Shown here: one piece after another, positions 9,621 through 18,230 of the stretch
How positions within the stretch are numbered: the first letter of the stretch is position 1
How the letters are laid out: every line of letters begins with the position of its first letter
From: an uncultured Verrucomicrobiae bacterium
GTDB taxonomy: Bacteria > Verrucomicrobiota > Verrucomicrobiia > Chthoniobacterales > JAFAMB01
Assembly: GCA_963813025.1 (NCBI GenBank)
Contig: CAWEXO010000013.1
Coordinates: forward strand, 224,001-288,000
Length of the DNA stretch: 64,000 nt
Reading direction: 5' to 3'
The notes under the pieces: model-generated
Told to the model about the DNA's origin: nothing
Seen by the model: only the letters and a program-made list of their open reading frames with translations
The model's database searches: none
Position numbers and translations under genes: made by a program

Positions 9621-10145
9621 CTATCGGACCACAACCACCGGTGTTCCGACCTTGGCCGCTTCGTAAAATCGGCGAGCTTTCCCTTCTGGCATCCGAATAC
9701 AGCCATGTGAGGCCGGGTAGCCGGGCAAATAGCCGGCGTGCATGCCTACTCCGCCATAAATCCGCAGAAAGTAAGGCATCGGCGCCCCGACAAAATGCGT
9801 GCCGGGAGGCCGGGCGTCTTTGCGCACGTCCACGTCAGGTTTGACGATGATGTTTCCATCGCCGCAGTAAGCGCCATAGACGCTGGACCGATGGTCCAAA
9901 TCCTTCTGAATAATCTTATACTTGCCGGGCGCGGTGCCATGGCCCTCGCGCCCGGTCGAAATCGGAGCGACCAGCGCAACATTCGGACCGGCGTACAGGT
10001 AGGCGTGCTGGTCGCGGAGATCGATAAGGATGGCGACTTTGCCCGATGGTCGACCGCGAACATCGTAAAGTGTGTCCTGGACTTCGGCACAACCGCCGAA
10101 CAAAAGCATCAGACCAAGCCAGGCCAGACCAGACAGTCTTTTCAT
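9621..10145 (-). CDS. L,D-transpeptidase family lipoprotein (YkuD domain)
   Basis: Lipobox GGC; ISTGR, MPYFLR, H-G-LPGYPASHGCIRM. Confidence 0.9.
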   Translation of the reverse strand: MKRLSGLAWLGLMLLFGGCAEVQDTLYDVRGRPSGKVAILIDLRDQHAYLYAGPNVALVAPISTGREGHGTAPGKYKIIQKDLDHRSSVYGAYCGDGNIIVKPDVDVRKDARPPGTHFVGAPMPYFLRIYGGVGMHAGYLPGYPASHGCIRMPEGKARRFYEAAKVGTPVVVVR

Positions 10146-10282
10146 CGCGTCCTTATGAGGGGCGAAAATCCGTTCCTGTCAATAAAGTAATCGGGTGTTT
10201 GGTGAGGCGTGGCTAACTGCGCAGCCAATCAGGCCTGCGCCACTTTTCCGTCGTGATTTTTGAGCCGTTTTTTAGGGAGTGC

Positions 10283-11212
10283 CTACTCCACTATCCGGCT
10301 CGAAAGGGACAAGAGCAAAGTTCGACTGGTCCCTCTACCGGTACAAGCACTCCCGAGAGGGGAGACGCCACCAAGCCGTACTCTTTCGCACTCAATCGGT
10401 TTCCCGAGAATACGCTCCCCGAGATCGCGGAAGTAGAGTGCGTCATCGGTTGTCAGGAAATGGCGCCGCCCTTTTCTGCTGAGTTTTTCGTCAAACTCCG
10501 GGTGCCGGTTTAACCAATCGGCCAGGCGTTCGGCAATAACGGGCGCCTGGGTCAAGACAGAAGTTTTTTCAGGCAGGTTTTTACGGATAATCGGGAGCAG
10601 GGCTGGGTAATGCGTGCAGGCCAGGAGAATTCTTTGGGTCCGTGGAGCACTGATGAGCAGGCGCGCAAGATCGCGCGCGACGAACCATTCCGGACCGGCT
10701 CCTGAGAGCTCACCGGCTTCGACTAGTGGCACCCACATTGAGCATTCCTGCTGGTAAAGCGTGAGATTCGGAGCCAGCTTTTGCAGTTCGAGGCCGAACG
10801 AATTCGAGCGGATTGTTTCGCTGGTGCCGAGCACTGCCACCGACCCTGCTATTTGCGGTCGCGGTTCACTGGACACGTCTCCAATCGGGATTTGGGCGAG
10901 CTCCTCGGCCGAAGGTCGAATGACTCCGAGGATGCGCCGGTTCGGGTAGCGTTGCGGGAGATACTGCTGCTGGATAGTCCGGAGAGCACGTGCTGAGGCA
11001 GTGTTGCAGGCGAGCACCACCACGACGCAACCTGCCTGAAACAAATGTTCGACCGCTTCCAACGTAAACTGGCAGATGACCTCATAGCTGCGGGCGCCGT
11101 AGGGAGCCCGGGCGTTGTCGCCGAGATAAACAAAATCATAGGCCGGAAGTCTGGCGAGGATTTCTCGAAGGACGGTCAAGCCGCCATATCCGGAGTCGAA
11201 AACGCCAATCAC
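10283..11212 (-). CDS. murI: Glutamate racemase
   Basis: IGVFDSG-GGLTV, D-AR-PYG, ACNTAS, ACTHYP. Confidence 0.95.
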   Translation of the reverse strand: MIGVFDSGYGGLTVLREILARLPAYDFVYLGDNARAPYGARSYEVICQFTLEAVEHLFQAGCVVVVLACNTASARALRTIQQQYLPQRYPNRRILGVIRPSAEELAQIPIGDVSSEPRPQIAGSVAVLGTSETIRSNSFGLELQKLAPNLTLYQQECSMWVPLVEAGELSGAGPEWFVARDLARLLISAPRTQRILLACTHYPALLPIIRKNLPEKTSVLTQAPVIAERLADWLNRHPEFDEKLSRKGRRHFLTTDDALYFRDLGERILGKPIECERVRLGGVSPLGSACTGRGTSRTLLLSLSSRIVE

Positions 11213-11308
11213 GTGTTTTCCTTTATCGGTAGGCGAAAATTCATTCGAGCGCCAGTCGCTCGCGTTGGCGCCTCAGTCAACGCTGACTTCCGGAATTCAA
11301 TGAACCTA

Positions 11309-11337
11309 TTGACAGGAACGCGCTGTATATGTAACAT
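11309..11337 (+). promoter_or_regulatory. Sigma70-type promoter
   Basis: TTGACA (11309-14), 17-nt spacer, TAACAT (11332-37) in an AT-rich intergenic tract upstream of ORF 11535. Confidence 0.6.
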
Positions 11338-11534
11338 TGAAATAAATAGTTATATTATTGAATAATATCATGCCTGGCATCGTCTACTCGGCAGGTTCCG
11401 GCAGCGGTGTCAAACGATCCGGCCCAGAGCCGGGGCGTGGCAACGGCCGAGTGCGTGAAGATTCCCATGAACACTATTCTTGACACCGGTCCTCCGGAAA
11501 GCTTGGTCTGGTTGCGCAAACAGAGCTTCTAAGT

Positions 11535-12926
11535 ATGCCGCCCAAATTCGGTAATTACCTTTTTCGCAATCTCAAAGGGCAACGCGCGCCTGCCGAGACT
11601 CCGAGAGACCCGGCGGAAAATCTCGTGGCGATCGAGGACAGGCCAATAATCCTCCGCGAAACGGATTTTCTTGAAGGCGAACCTGGCCTGACTGCGCTGG
11701 ACTGGAGCAAAGTGCCCGACGGCCGCATCGTCGTTCGGCTGGGTGATACCACCGGTCTGATGGATGGCCGCGTACGGATCAAGGCCGCAACTTTACGCAA
11801 TTTATATCCGGGAGTCTTACCCGAGACGCTCATTCCCGAAACTGAGTACCCCATTTCTCTCAAAACGGTCGTGCTCCAGATGCAAAGCTTTCTTCGGGAG
11901 AAATCGGATGAGATCATCAAACCGGCCGGTCCGGATTTTGACACGCCGATCGCGCAGGTGGCTCGCGAAGACGAAGGTTTTTTCGAGCTTGATGCCGCCA
12001 GCGCCAACGGTGCACCGGCCGCGGGTCCACCAGATGCGGGCCTGCCGGACTTGTCTCCCGCGAGTGGTTCGGGTATTCCGGCCAGCGACCCGCCAGCCGC
12101 GTCCCGGGAGAGTCTCGCCTTTCCGTTGATTCGCGAAAAGCAGGGGCGCAATGTCGCTCCGAAAGAGGCGCCAAACCTTTTGGTCCAAATCCCGAGGCCG
12201 GCGTCTCCGTCGTCCGTTCCGGCGCGACCAACGCAATCGCCGATTGTTCCGCGAGGCGGCTCCGCGGCGGATGACGCTGACGGGCCGCTTGAGCCGGTGG
12301 AATCTGGAGGATCAGGCTCGGCCGACTCAAACGCCTCGACGCCAAAGAAAGACAACCCGTTTATAGACTTACCGGAGGTTGGGCCGCGGTCATCACAACG
12401 AACAGTCGGCAAACCGCGGTTGGCCCCTCGAGAGGGGTCGTCCAACGTATCTTTACCACCAGCACCTGAAATGCCGGCGCGGAAACCAGCCCGCCGAATC
12501 GGGCTGGAACGTCTCCAGGAGATCTTCATGACCGATGATTACCTGGACGGAGTGCAGGTAGCAAAGCTGCTGGTTCGGTTTCCGAAGGTGAAAGATGCAA
12601 AAATCCTGTTGGAATCAGGAGAGATCCTCGGAGGAATTCGGGTCGAGCGCGAAGATGCAGTGGCTCTCTCTTCTGCGACAGACCTGATTGGCGCGGCACG
12701 CGAATTTGGCGAGCGCCTTCACCACGCGCGAATTTCCGCTATCACGCTTCTCGGTGATTTCGCGACGAGCATTTTTCAGGAGGGTCGGGTCTGTCTTCTC
12801 ATTACGCACGAAGGCCGCGGTCTGCTTCCCGGGATGCGTGATCGCATGGTCGAGATTGCCCGCGCTCTCGATGCTCTTTATGCAGAAACACCAAGGAACG
12901 AAGCAGCGCCGGAAGCGGCGCGCTAG
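11535..12926 (+). CDS. Hypothetical protein with Pro-rich disordered middle and possible C-terminal Roadblock/LC7-like domain
   Basis: 463-codon ORF; C-terminal LVRFPKVKDAKILLESGEILGG pattern resembles Roadblock/MglB folds (by eye). Confidence 0.6.
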   Translation: MPPKFGNYLFRNLKGQRAPAETPRDPAENLVAIEDRPIILRETDFLEGEPGLTALDWSKVPDGRIVVRLGDTTGLMDGRVRIKAATLRNLYPGVLPETLIPETEYPISLKTVVLQMQSFLREKSDEIIKPAGPDFDTPIAQVAREDEGFFELDAASANGAPAAGPPDAGLPDLSPASGSGIPASDPPAASRESLAFPLIREKQGRNVAPKEAPNLLVQIPRPASPSSVPARPTQSPIVPRGGSAADDADGPLEPVESGGSGSADSNASTPKKDNPFIDLPEVGPRSSQRTVGKPRLAPREGSSNVSLPPAPEMPARKPARRIGLERLQEIFMTDDYLDGVQVAKLLVRFPKVKDAKILLESGEILGGIRVEREDAVALSSATDLIGAAREFGERLHHARISAITLLGDFATSIFQEGRVCLLITHEGRGLLPGMRDRMVEIARALDALYAETPRNEAAPEAAR

Positions 12927-12928
12927 GC

Positions 12929-13543
12929 ATGTTTTTTCCGGCGTATCTGTTCGTCCTTGTTGCCATCGCGCATATCACCGGCCGCTTTCCTGCGGTTGAA
13001 ATGAGCGCACATCCGATTCTGTCGAAAGGAGAAGCAGTGATCGACGCTTCACCCACGCCGTGGCCGGGGCAGCGCTCGATGTTGTCGATTTACGTTGACC
13101 CGGACAATGACCAGGGTCAGCGAACGCTCGAAGTCCGCGGTAAACTTGATCGCGGTCTAAACAATCTGGAGGATCGAATTGTCGTCGTCGGAGTAGTCGA
13201 TCAGGACGTGGTCAGCGGGTCGGGAAGCATCATTATCTCGGCCGGATCCAAAGTCGTCGGTTTGGGGTTCTGCGATGCCGGCCGCGCCAGGATCGAGGCT
13301 CGAGGAAAATGGACTTTTTATGTCAGCGACCATCAGATTAGTTTGGAAGGTTCTCTCTGGGGCGCCGACCGCAAGGAAGGATTGTCCGGTATCGAGGTCG
13401 AGAACGGCATCGATCCAACCAGGGTCAAACAGGCCATTTGCCGGGATGGGATTTATGTGTACGTGCCCGAAGCAACCGAATTCGTCCTTCGCCTGAGCGG
13501 CAATATCTCCGTCCGGGATCTCGGGTCGGCCTTTGGCAAATAG
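12929..13543 (+). CDS. Small TrbI/VirB10-like beta-barrel domain protein
   Basis: IVVVG-V-QDV, IIISAGSKVVG, R-RI, GL-G, YVYVP-TEF-L pattern; N-terminal hydrophobic segment. Confidence 0.5.
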   Translation: MFFPAYLFVLVAIAHITGRFPAVEMSAHPILSKGEAVIDASPTPWPGQRSMLSIYVDPDNDQGQRTLEVRGKLDRGLNNLEDRIVVVGVVDQDVVSGSGSIIISAGSKVVGLGFCDAGRARIEARGKWTFYVSDHQISLEGSLWGADRKEGLSGIEVENGIDPTRVKQAICRDGIYVYVPEATEFVLRLSGNISVRDLGSAFGK

Positions 13544-13577
13544 CAGGGTGGGGGAACCGAATGCAACTGAGACTGGT

Positions 13578-13819
13578 CGGTGCGTCGGACTTTGGAAGTC
13601 GCTGCAAGATGAAGGTGGATGACAATCTCGAAAATGTCTCTGGCTAGAAGTGTCTTTGGGCCTGTGCCGTTAGGGCGAAAATTCATTCGAGCATTAGCGA
13701 GAACTTGTTTGGGTCGTCTGGAGCGCGTGGCTGCCGCAGATTCCGGCTCGAACGAGTCTTCGCCGAAGGCTCCTCCTTCGCTAAAGCTTCGGCGGACACG
13801 TCAAATGAATTCTCGCCCT
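13578..13819. mobile_element. Diverged copy of the nested MITE-like repeat, with a 30-nt insertion and interrupted by IS110
   Basis: gtcggactttggaa...tagggcgaaaattcattcgagc...gcgagaacttgtttg...aattctcgccct; continues as accggcgc at 15142. Confidence 0.8.
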
Positions 13820-13833
13820 TGTACCTTGCCCCA

Positions 13834-14060
13834 CCAATTTTTTTTCCCTTTTAAAGCCGCCCGCAAGGGCGGAACTCTGGAGGTGAAGAACTTGGCCGAG
13901 GAGGGTGGAAAACTGCCTCGCCCAAAGGTCGGTAGAACCTGTCCGGTAGATTAGTCCACCCTTCCTCGTGCCGCACCTGCATAAGACCGTACCGTATCTT
14001 AGGCCGTTCCAAACAGGGTTGGAACATAAGCCGTGTTCACAAGGCTCTGTCAGCAGGCGC
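13834..14060 (+). ncRNA. Predicted bridge RNA (5' hairpin, target-binding loop, donor-binding loop); ends approximate
   Basis: Hairpin ccgccc-gcaa-gggcgg 13857-72; stem 13897-909/13955-68 enclosing cctcgccca (13916-24) and ccggtag (13943-49); stem 13973-80/14053-60 enclosing accgtatct (13991-99) and acaag (14039-43). Confidence 0.85.
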
Positions 14061-14113
14061 GCGCCCAAGCGCTTCATCAAACAAAGAACCAATTCAACGC
14101 GAATTCCTGTCTG

Positions 14114-15124
14114 ATGAAAAAACGCTACTGCATGGGTATTGATATGGCAAAAGCAAGCTTTGACTTTTGCCTGCTCTCCAAGAATGGCACTCGCCTGTGG
14201 CGGGGAAAGTTCAGCAATGATGCGACCGGCATTGGAGCATTTTTAGCCCAACTCCAGGCCCGCTCTTGGCCGCTCTCCCAGATCCACTTCGCCCTGGAAG
14301 CCACCGGGGTCTACGGGAAGAGATTGATCGCCGCTCTGCACCAAGCAGGCTTGGCGGTCAGCGTGCTCAATCCCGCCCAAGTCAAATACTTTGCTTTCTC
14401 GGTCCTGCGCCGCACCAAAAATGATCGGGTTGATGCGGCCATCATTGCCCAGTTTTGTCTGGAGCGAAAACCACTGGCCACTCGGCCGCTGCGCCCCCTT
14501 GAGGAAGAATTCAAACTGCTGGTGCGGGAGCGCGAAAGCCGGGTTGGCGAGCTCATCCGGGAACAGAACCGGGTGAAAAAAGACCCTTACCCAATTGCGC
14601 TGCCCGAGCTTGTCAGCCAACAGCGTGGCCAACGACTCGCCCAGCTCAAGAAAGAAATCGCTCAGCTGGAGTCGGCCATCTTCGGCTTAGTCGCGGCTGA
14701 TCAGGCTTTAAGCCGCCAAAGCCAACTGCTGTGCTCTATTCCCGGCATTGCCCAGCTCACGGCCGCCAAGCTGCTGGCCGAGCTGGCCGGTAAAGAGTTC
14801 CAATCGGCTCGGCAGTTGGCGGCCTATGCTGGGCTGACTCCTTCTGAATTCCGTTCCGGTGTCTCGCTCTACGGCAAAACCACCCTGTGCAAAATCGGCA
14901 ACCCTTTCCTGCGCAAAGCACTCTATTTGCCGGCCGCCGTTGCTCGCCGCTGGTGTAAACCCATCCAGCAATGGGCCGCAGGTCTCGAGTCACGCAAGCT
15001 CCACTCCCTGGCTATCCGCGGTGCCGTCATGCGAAAACTCCTGCACATCGCCTTCGGTGTTCTCTCTCACCAACAACCCTACAATCCTAACCTGGCCCGC
15101 CATTCCTTAAAGCAATGCCCTTGA
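14114..15124 (+). CDS. IS110 recombinase/transposase (DEDD RuvC-like plus Tnp domain), 336 aa
   Basis: GIDMAK, LEATG, KNDRVDA (DEDD intact); SIPGI, QLAAYAGL-P-RSG (catalytic Ser), GNPFLRKALY. Confidence 0.95.
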   Translation: MKKRYCMGIDMAKASFDFCLLSKNGTRLWRGKFSNDATGIGAFLAQLQARSWPLSQIHFALEATGVYGKRLIAALHQAGLAVSVLNPAQVKYFAFSVLRRTKNDRVDAAIIAQFCLERKPLATRPLRPLEEEFKLLVRERESRVGELIREQNRVKKDPYPIALPELVSQQRGQRLAQLKKEIAQLESAIFGLVAADQALSRQSQLLCSIPGIAQLTAAKLLAELAGKEFQSARQLAAYAGLTPSEFRSGVSLYGKTTLCKIGNPFLRKALYLPAAVARRWCKPIQQWAAGLESRKLHSLAIRGAVMRKLLHIAFGVLSHQQPYNPNLARHSLKQCP

Positions 15125-15999
15125 CATCCAAGACCGTATCTACCGGCGCGGAGTCGTTTAAGCTTACCGCTTTATGCGCTGGCATCGGCTTTTGGTTATT
15201 TACTGCCGGACTGACGTCCGCGCAGTGGCAGCCACCGGCCGATCTGAAAAGTGTGCCGGTGCGACAGGACTGCGCGCGAACGCATAACGGAATCGGACTG
15301 TCAATTCAGCCCTCAGTGCTCTACCCCAACGGAGTCATTTTCTTGTGCCCGGAGAGAGCACAAGCAATTGATCGGGAACGCCCGGGTGCATCCTACTTTT
15401 TCCGGGTGCACGAATACGGTCATCTGGCGCTCCATACGCGGAGCGAGCCGGCGGCCGATACCTGGGCGGCTGAACAGCTGAGCCGCACTAAGGCGGGTCG
15501 CGCAATCATCAAGGAAGCGGCGCTCCACTTTGTCGATGAGGTTGACAGGTTCGATCCCAGGTATGGAACCGGCCTGGACCGAGCTCTCCGGATCTCGGTT
15601 GCCGGGCGAATTCCGCGGCAAGAATGGCCTAAACGCGTCAGCGATTATAGCAGGGTAGTAGCCGACGCGATCAAGCAAGGCAGAATCGTTCGTCTTCAGC
15701 TCAAGTCCGGATATGCTGACTCAGCAGAGATGATCGTGACGCTTGACCATCAGCCGCTTGGGTTCCTGTCAAACCGATCAGGGCTGGTGCCACTCACCAT
15801 TCCGCCGCTTGTGCCGGGCCACCACAACATGGAGTTCTCGGATGTCTGGCTTTACCACGCGGAACAGGGTGGGGGTCGAACAGAAGTTGCCCGCAACCTC
15901 AGCGCAATTGCTCACTTCGATGGCGGTACAGCCACAACGCTGCTCGTGCAGTTGGATTTCGACGGCCAGAAGCTAGCCGTAACCGCATCCGCACTATAG
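15115..15999 (+). CDS. Secreted hypothetical protein with HExxH metallopeptidase-like motif; start codon lies inside the IS110 right end
   Basis: Signal-like segment ending LTSA-Q; HEYGH followed by E-AD-WA. Confidence 0.6.
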   Translation: MPLTSKTVSTGAESFKLTALCAGIGFWLFTAGLTSAQWQPPADLKSVPVRQDCARTHNGIGLSIQPSVLYPNGVIFLCPERAQAIDRERPGASYFFRVHEYGHLALHTRSEPAADTWAAEQLSRTKAGRAIIKEAALHFVDEVDRFDPRYGTGLDRALRISVAGRIPRQEWPKRVSDYSRVVADAIKQGRIVRLQLKSGYADSAEMIVTLDHQPLGFLSNRSGLVPLTIPPLVPGHHNMEFSDVWLYHAEQGGGRTEVARNLSAIAHFDGGTATTLLVQLDFDGQKLAVTASAL

Positions 16000-16043
16000 A
16001 GTCGCTTCGGTTTGCTCAATCGTTGTATCGACAGAATTCCCTT

Positions 16044-16277
16044 ATGAAGAATCGTGCCACTCTTTGGATATTCGTACTCGAGCTCGGCCTCTACGGGATT
16101 GTTGTAACGATTTACCTGTGGTTCGTGATTCATTTTCTGACTGGATGGCTCCGCGCGCTCTTTGCCGAGGATCGCGTAATCTACGCGTTTGCCTCGCTCA
16201 CCCTGATGATCGCTCAAGCGGTTGTGCTAGAGAGAGTCACCACTTGGGTTATCTATCTAACTCGCCGGAACCGTTAA
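16044..16277 (+). CDS. Small two-TM membrane protein
   Basis: Two hydrophobic helices; 4 nt upstream of the TauE gene. Confidence 0.6.
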   Translation: MKNRATLWIFVLELGLYGIVVTIYLWFVIHFLTGWLRALFAEDRVIYAFASLTLMIAQAVVLERVTTWVIYLTRRNR

Positions 16278-16281
16278 CGGC

Positions 16282-17196
16282 ATGTTTTTCCCGATCTCCG
16301 GTACGCATCTGGATCCGTTTTACCTGATTCTGGTCGGGTTTATCATCGGGATATTAGGCGGCTTTTTCGGAGTCGGCGGCAGCTTTCTCGCGTCGCCGGC
16401 ATTGTTTGCTGTCGGGATCCCAATGAACTTCGTCGTTGGCACCGATCTCGCTCATATCGTCGGCAAATCCATCGTGGCGGCCAGACTTCATCGTGCGCTC
16501 GGCAATATCGATCTTCGGCTGGCTGGCATCATGGTCATCGGCACAATTGCCGGCTCGGAGATGGGGGTGCAAATCATTGAGTTCTTGAAGCGGACATCCA
16601 ATGTTACGCTGGTGGTTGGCTGGGTTTCCATCGTCGTGTTCTCGGGCATTTCCTTTTTTACCGCGTGGGAAAGCCTGACGGCGCTTCGGGCGGTCAAAGC
16701 GCGGAAGTCTTCAACCGATAATATCAAGCGAGACGTGCTGGTCTTTGATCGGTTGGCCAGACTCATTCAGCGAGTGCGGATCGGACCAATGATCGGCTTG
16801 CCGCATTCCGGAGTAGAATCAATTTCGATCTGGGCAATCCTGCTCGTTGCCCTGATCGGTGGAATCTTTAGCGGGTTTCTCGGCGGCGGCGCCGGCTACA
16901 TCCGAATGCCTTCCATGGTCTACCTGCTCGGCATCCCAACACATATCGCCGTCGGCACGGATCTTTTCGAGATTATCATTTCGGCCAGCTACGGGACCAT
17001 CCGTCACGCTTTAAAGGGCAACGTCGACATTCTCATCGCGCTCGTGATGCAAACCGGAGCAGCGGTGGGCGCCCAGATCGGAGCAAACCTGACGCAATAT
17101 TTTCGAGGACCATATATTCGCCTGGCTTTTTCGCCGCTTCCGCTTCTCGGCGCGATCGTCATTGCCTACGGGTTAATCACCGGCCATCATGGCTAG
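16282..17196 (+). CDS. Sulfite exporter TauE/SafE family protein
   Basis: Repeated G-FGVGG / GFLGGG and A-GTDL motifs, multi-TM. Confidence 0.85.
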   Translation: MFFPISGTHLDPFYLILVGFIIGILGGFFGVGGSFLASPALFAVGIPMNFVVGTDLAHIVGKSIVAARLHRALGNIDLRLAGIMVIGTIAGSEMGVQIIEFLKRTSNVTLVVGWVSIVVFSGISFFTAWESLTALRAVKARKSSTDNIKRDVLVFDRLARLIQRVRIGPMIGLPHSGVESISIWAILLVALIGGIFSGFLGGGAGYIRMPSMVYLLGIPTHIAVGTDLFEIIISASYGTIRHALKGNVDILIALVMQTGAAVGAQIGANLTQYFRGPYIRLAFSPLPLLGAIVIAYGLITGHHG

Positions 17197-18112
17197 TGCA
17201 CTAAAGTCCTTTGAACGCTTAAATTCGAGTATGAGGATTCTGGTTTGCACGGATGGCAGTGAACGTGGCCAAAAAGTGCTGGCCCTGGCGGCGACGATCG
17301 CTGCTGCGACTGGTGCCGCCACCACGATCCTGGGGATTACTGAACTGGAGGCAGAGGAAGAACGCCTGCAGAAAACTCTCGAACGGGCGGCTAAGGAATT
17401 CCGCACTCGCCGGATCGAGATTGAACTCGTTACCCGCCACGGCGATCCGGTCGATGAGATCCTTGAGCAGGTGAAGAATTTCGCGGCCGATCTGGTGATC
17501 ATCGGCGCAGAGCAAAAAAGAGCTGAAGGACATTTTCGACTTTCGGCGAAAGCGTATTCCATTGTTTCGATGCTGCCCGTTCCGGTGCTGCTCGTTCGGC
17601 GGGTCCGCTTACAGCTAAAGCGCTTTCTGATTTGCAGCGGCGGCGGCAGCTATATCGAAAACGCTGTGCGGTTTACCGCCGAACTCGCCCGCAGCTTGGG
17701 ATCGACGGTTACCTTGCTCAACGTCGTCGCGGAACCACCGGCGATGCATGCCGGCCTCGTTCGGAGAGAGGAAGACACCGACCGCCTGCTGCGATCGGGA
17801 TCGGCTCTGGGGCGAAATCTGCTGAAAGAAAAGAAGATGCTGGAGGAGGCGGGAGTGTCCGTGGAGGTGCGCGTTCGACATGGGATCGTTATTGACCAGA
17901 TCCTCAAGGAAATGGAGCAGGGCGATCACGATCTCGTGATCGTTGGCTCTTTTCCCGAGCAGCACAGAATGCGGCAGTATGTCATCGGGAACCTCACCCG
18001 CGAAATTGTGAACCGATGCGAGCGCCCGATTCTCGTCATCCGAAGCGACAAAAAGGCAACGCCATTTTTTGGGTTCTTGACGCGCCGGAGTAAAAAGAGA
18101 CCAGCAAATTAG
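17189..18112 (+). CDS. Tandem universal stress protein
   Basis: ILVCTDGS, ADLVIIG, PVLLVR and a second USP domain DLVIVGS...PILVIR; alternative start at 17231. Confidence 0.88.
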   Translation: MASALKSFERLNSSMRILVCTDGSERGQKVLALAATIAAATGAATTILGITELEAEEERLQKTLERAAKEFRTRRIEIELVTRHGDPVDEILEQVKNFAADLVIIGAEQKRAEGHFRLSAKAYSIVSMLPVPVLLVRRVRLQLKRFLICSGGGSYIENAVRFTAELARSLGSTVTLLNVVAEPPAMHAGLVRREEDTDRLLRSGSALGRNLLKEKKMLEEAGVSVEVRVRHGIVIDQILKEMEQGDHDLVIVGSFPEQHRMRQYVIGNLTREIVNRCERPILVIRSDKKATPFFGFLTRRSKKRPAN

Positions 18113-18230
18113 GCCTTACTCGCCGCGGAAGTCGAATGCCACGTACCGCCGGAGGACAGGCGCACTCCAGGGCCCAATGTCCTGTTTGAGTCTAATTCGA
18201 GCAGATTCCCGCTGGAGAAGCCGGATTCCG

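Larger units (their letters stand above)
13820..15141 (+). mobile_element. IS110-family (IS621-like) insertion sequence, complete
   Basis: CT core on both sides (13818-19, 15140-41); removing the element restores ...tctcgccCTaccggcgc..., matching the empty site at 53994-54010; no terminal IRs; long non-coding left end. Confidence 0.92.

Noticed and set aside
11555..12529. 324-aa antisense ORF, and similar long antisense ORFs at 3310-4254, 33433-34386 and 38755-39552
   Set aside because: Shadow or alternate frames of well-supported genes in GC-rich DNA; no recognisable motifs
13619..14113. ORFs 13619-13954 and 13781-14092, and the 14033 start extension of the transposase
   Set aside because: They cross the MITE, the IS boundary and the predicted bridge RNA; the transposase fold begins at ATG 14114
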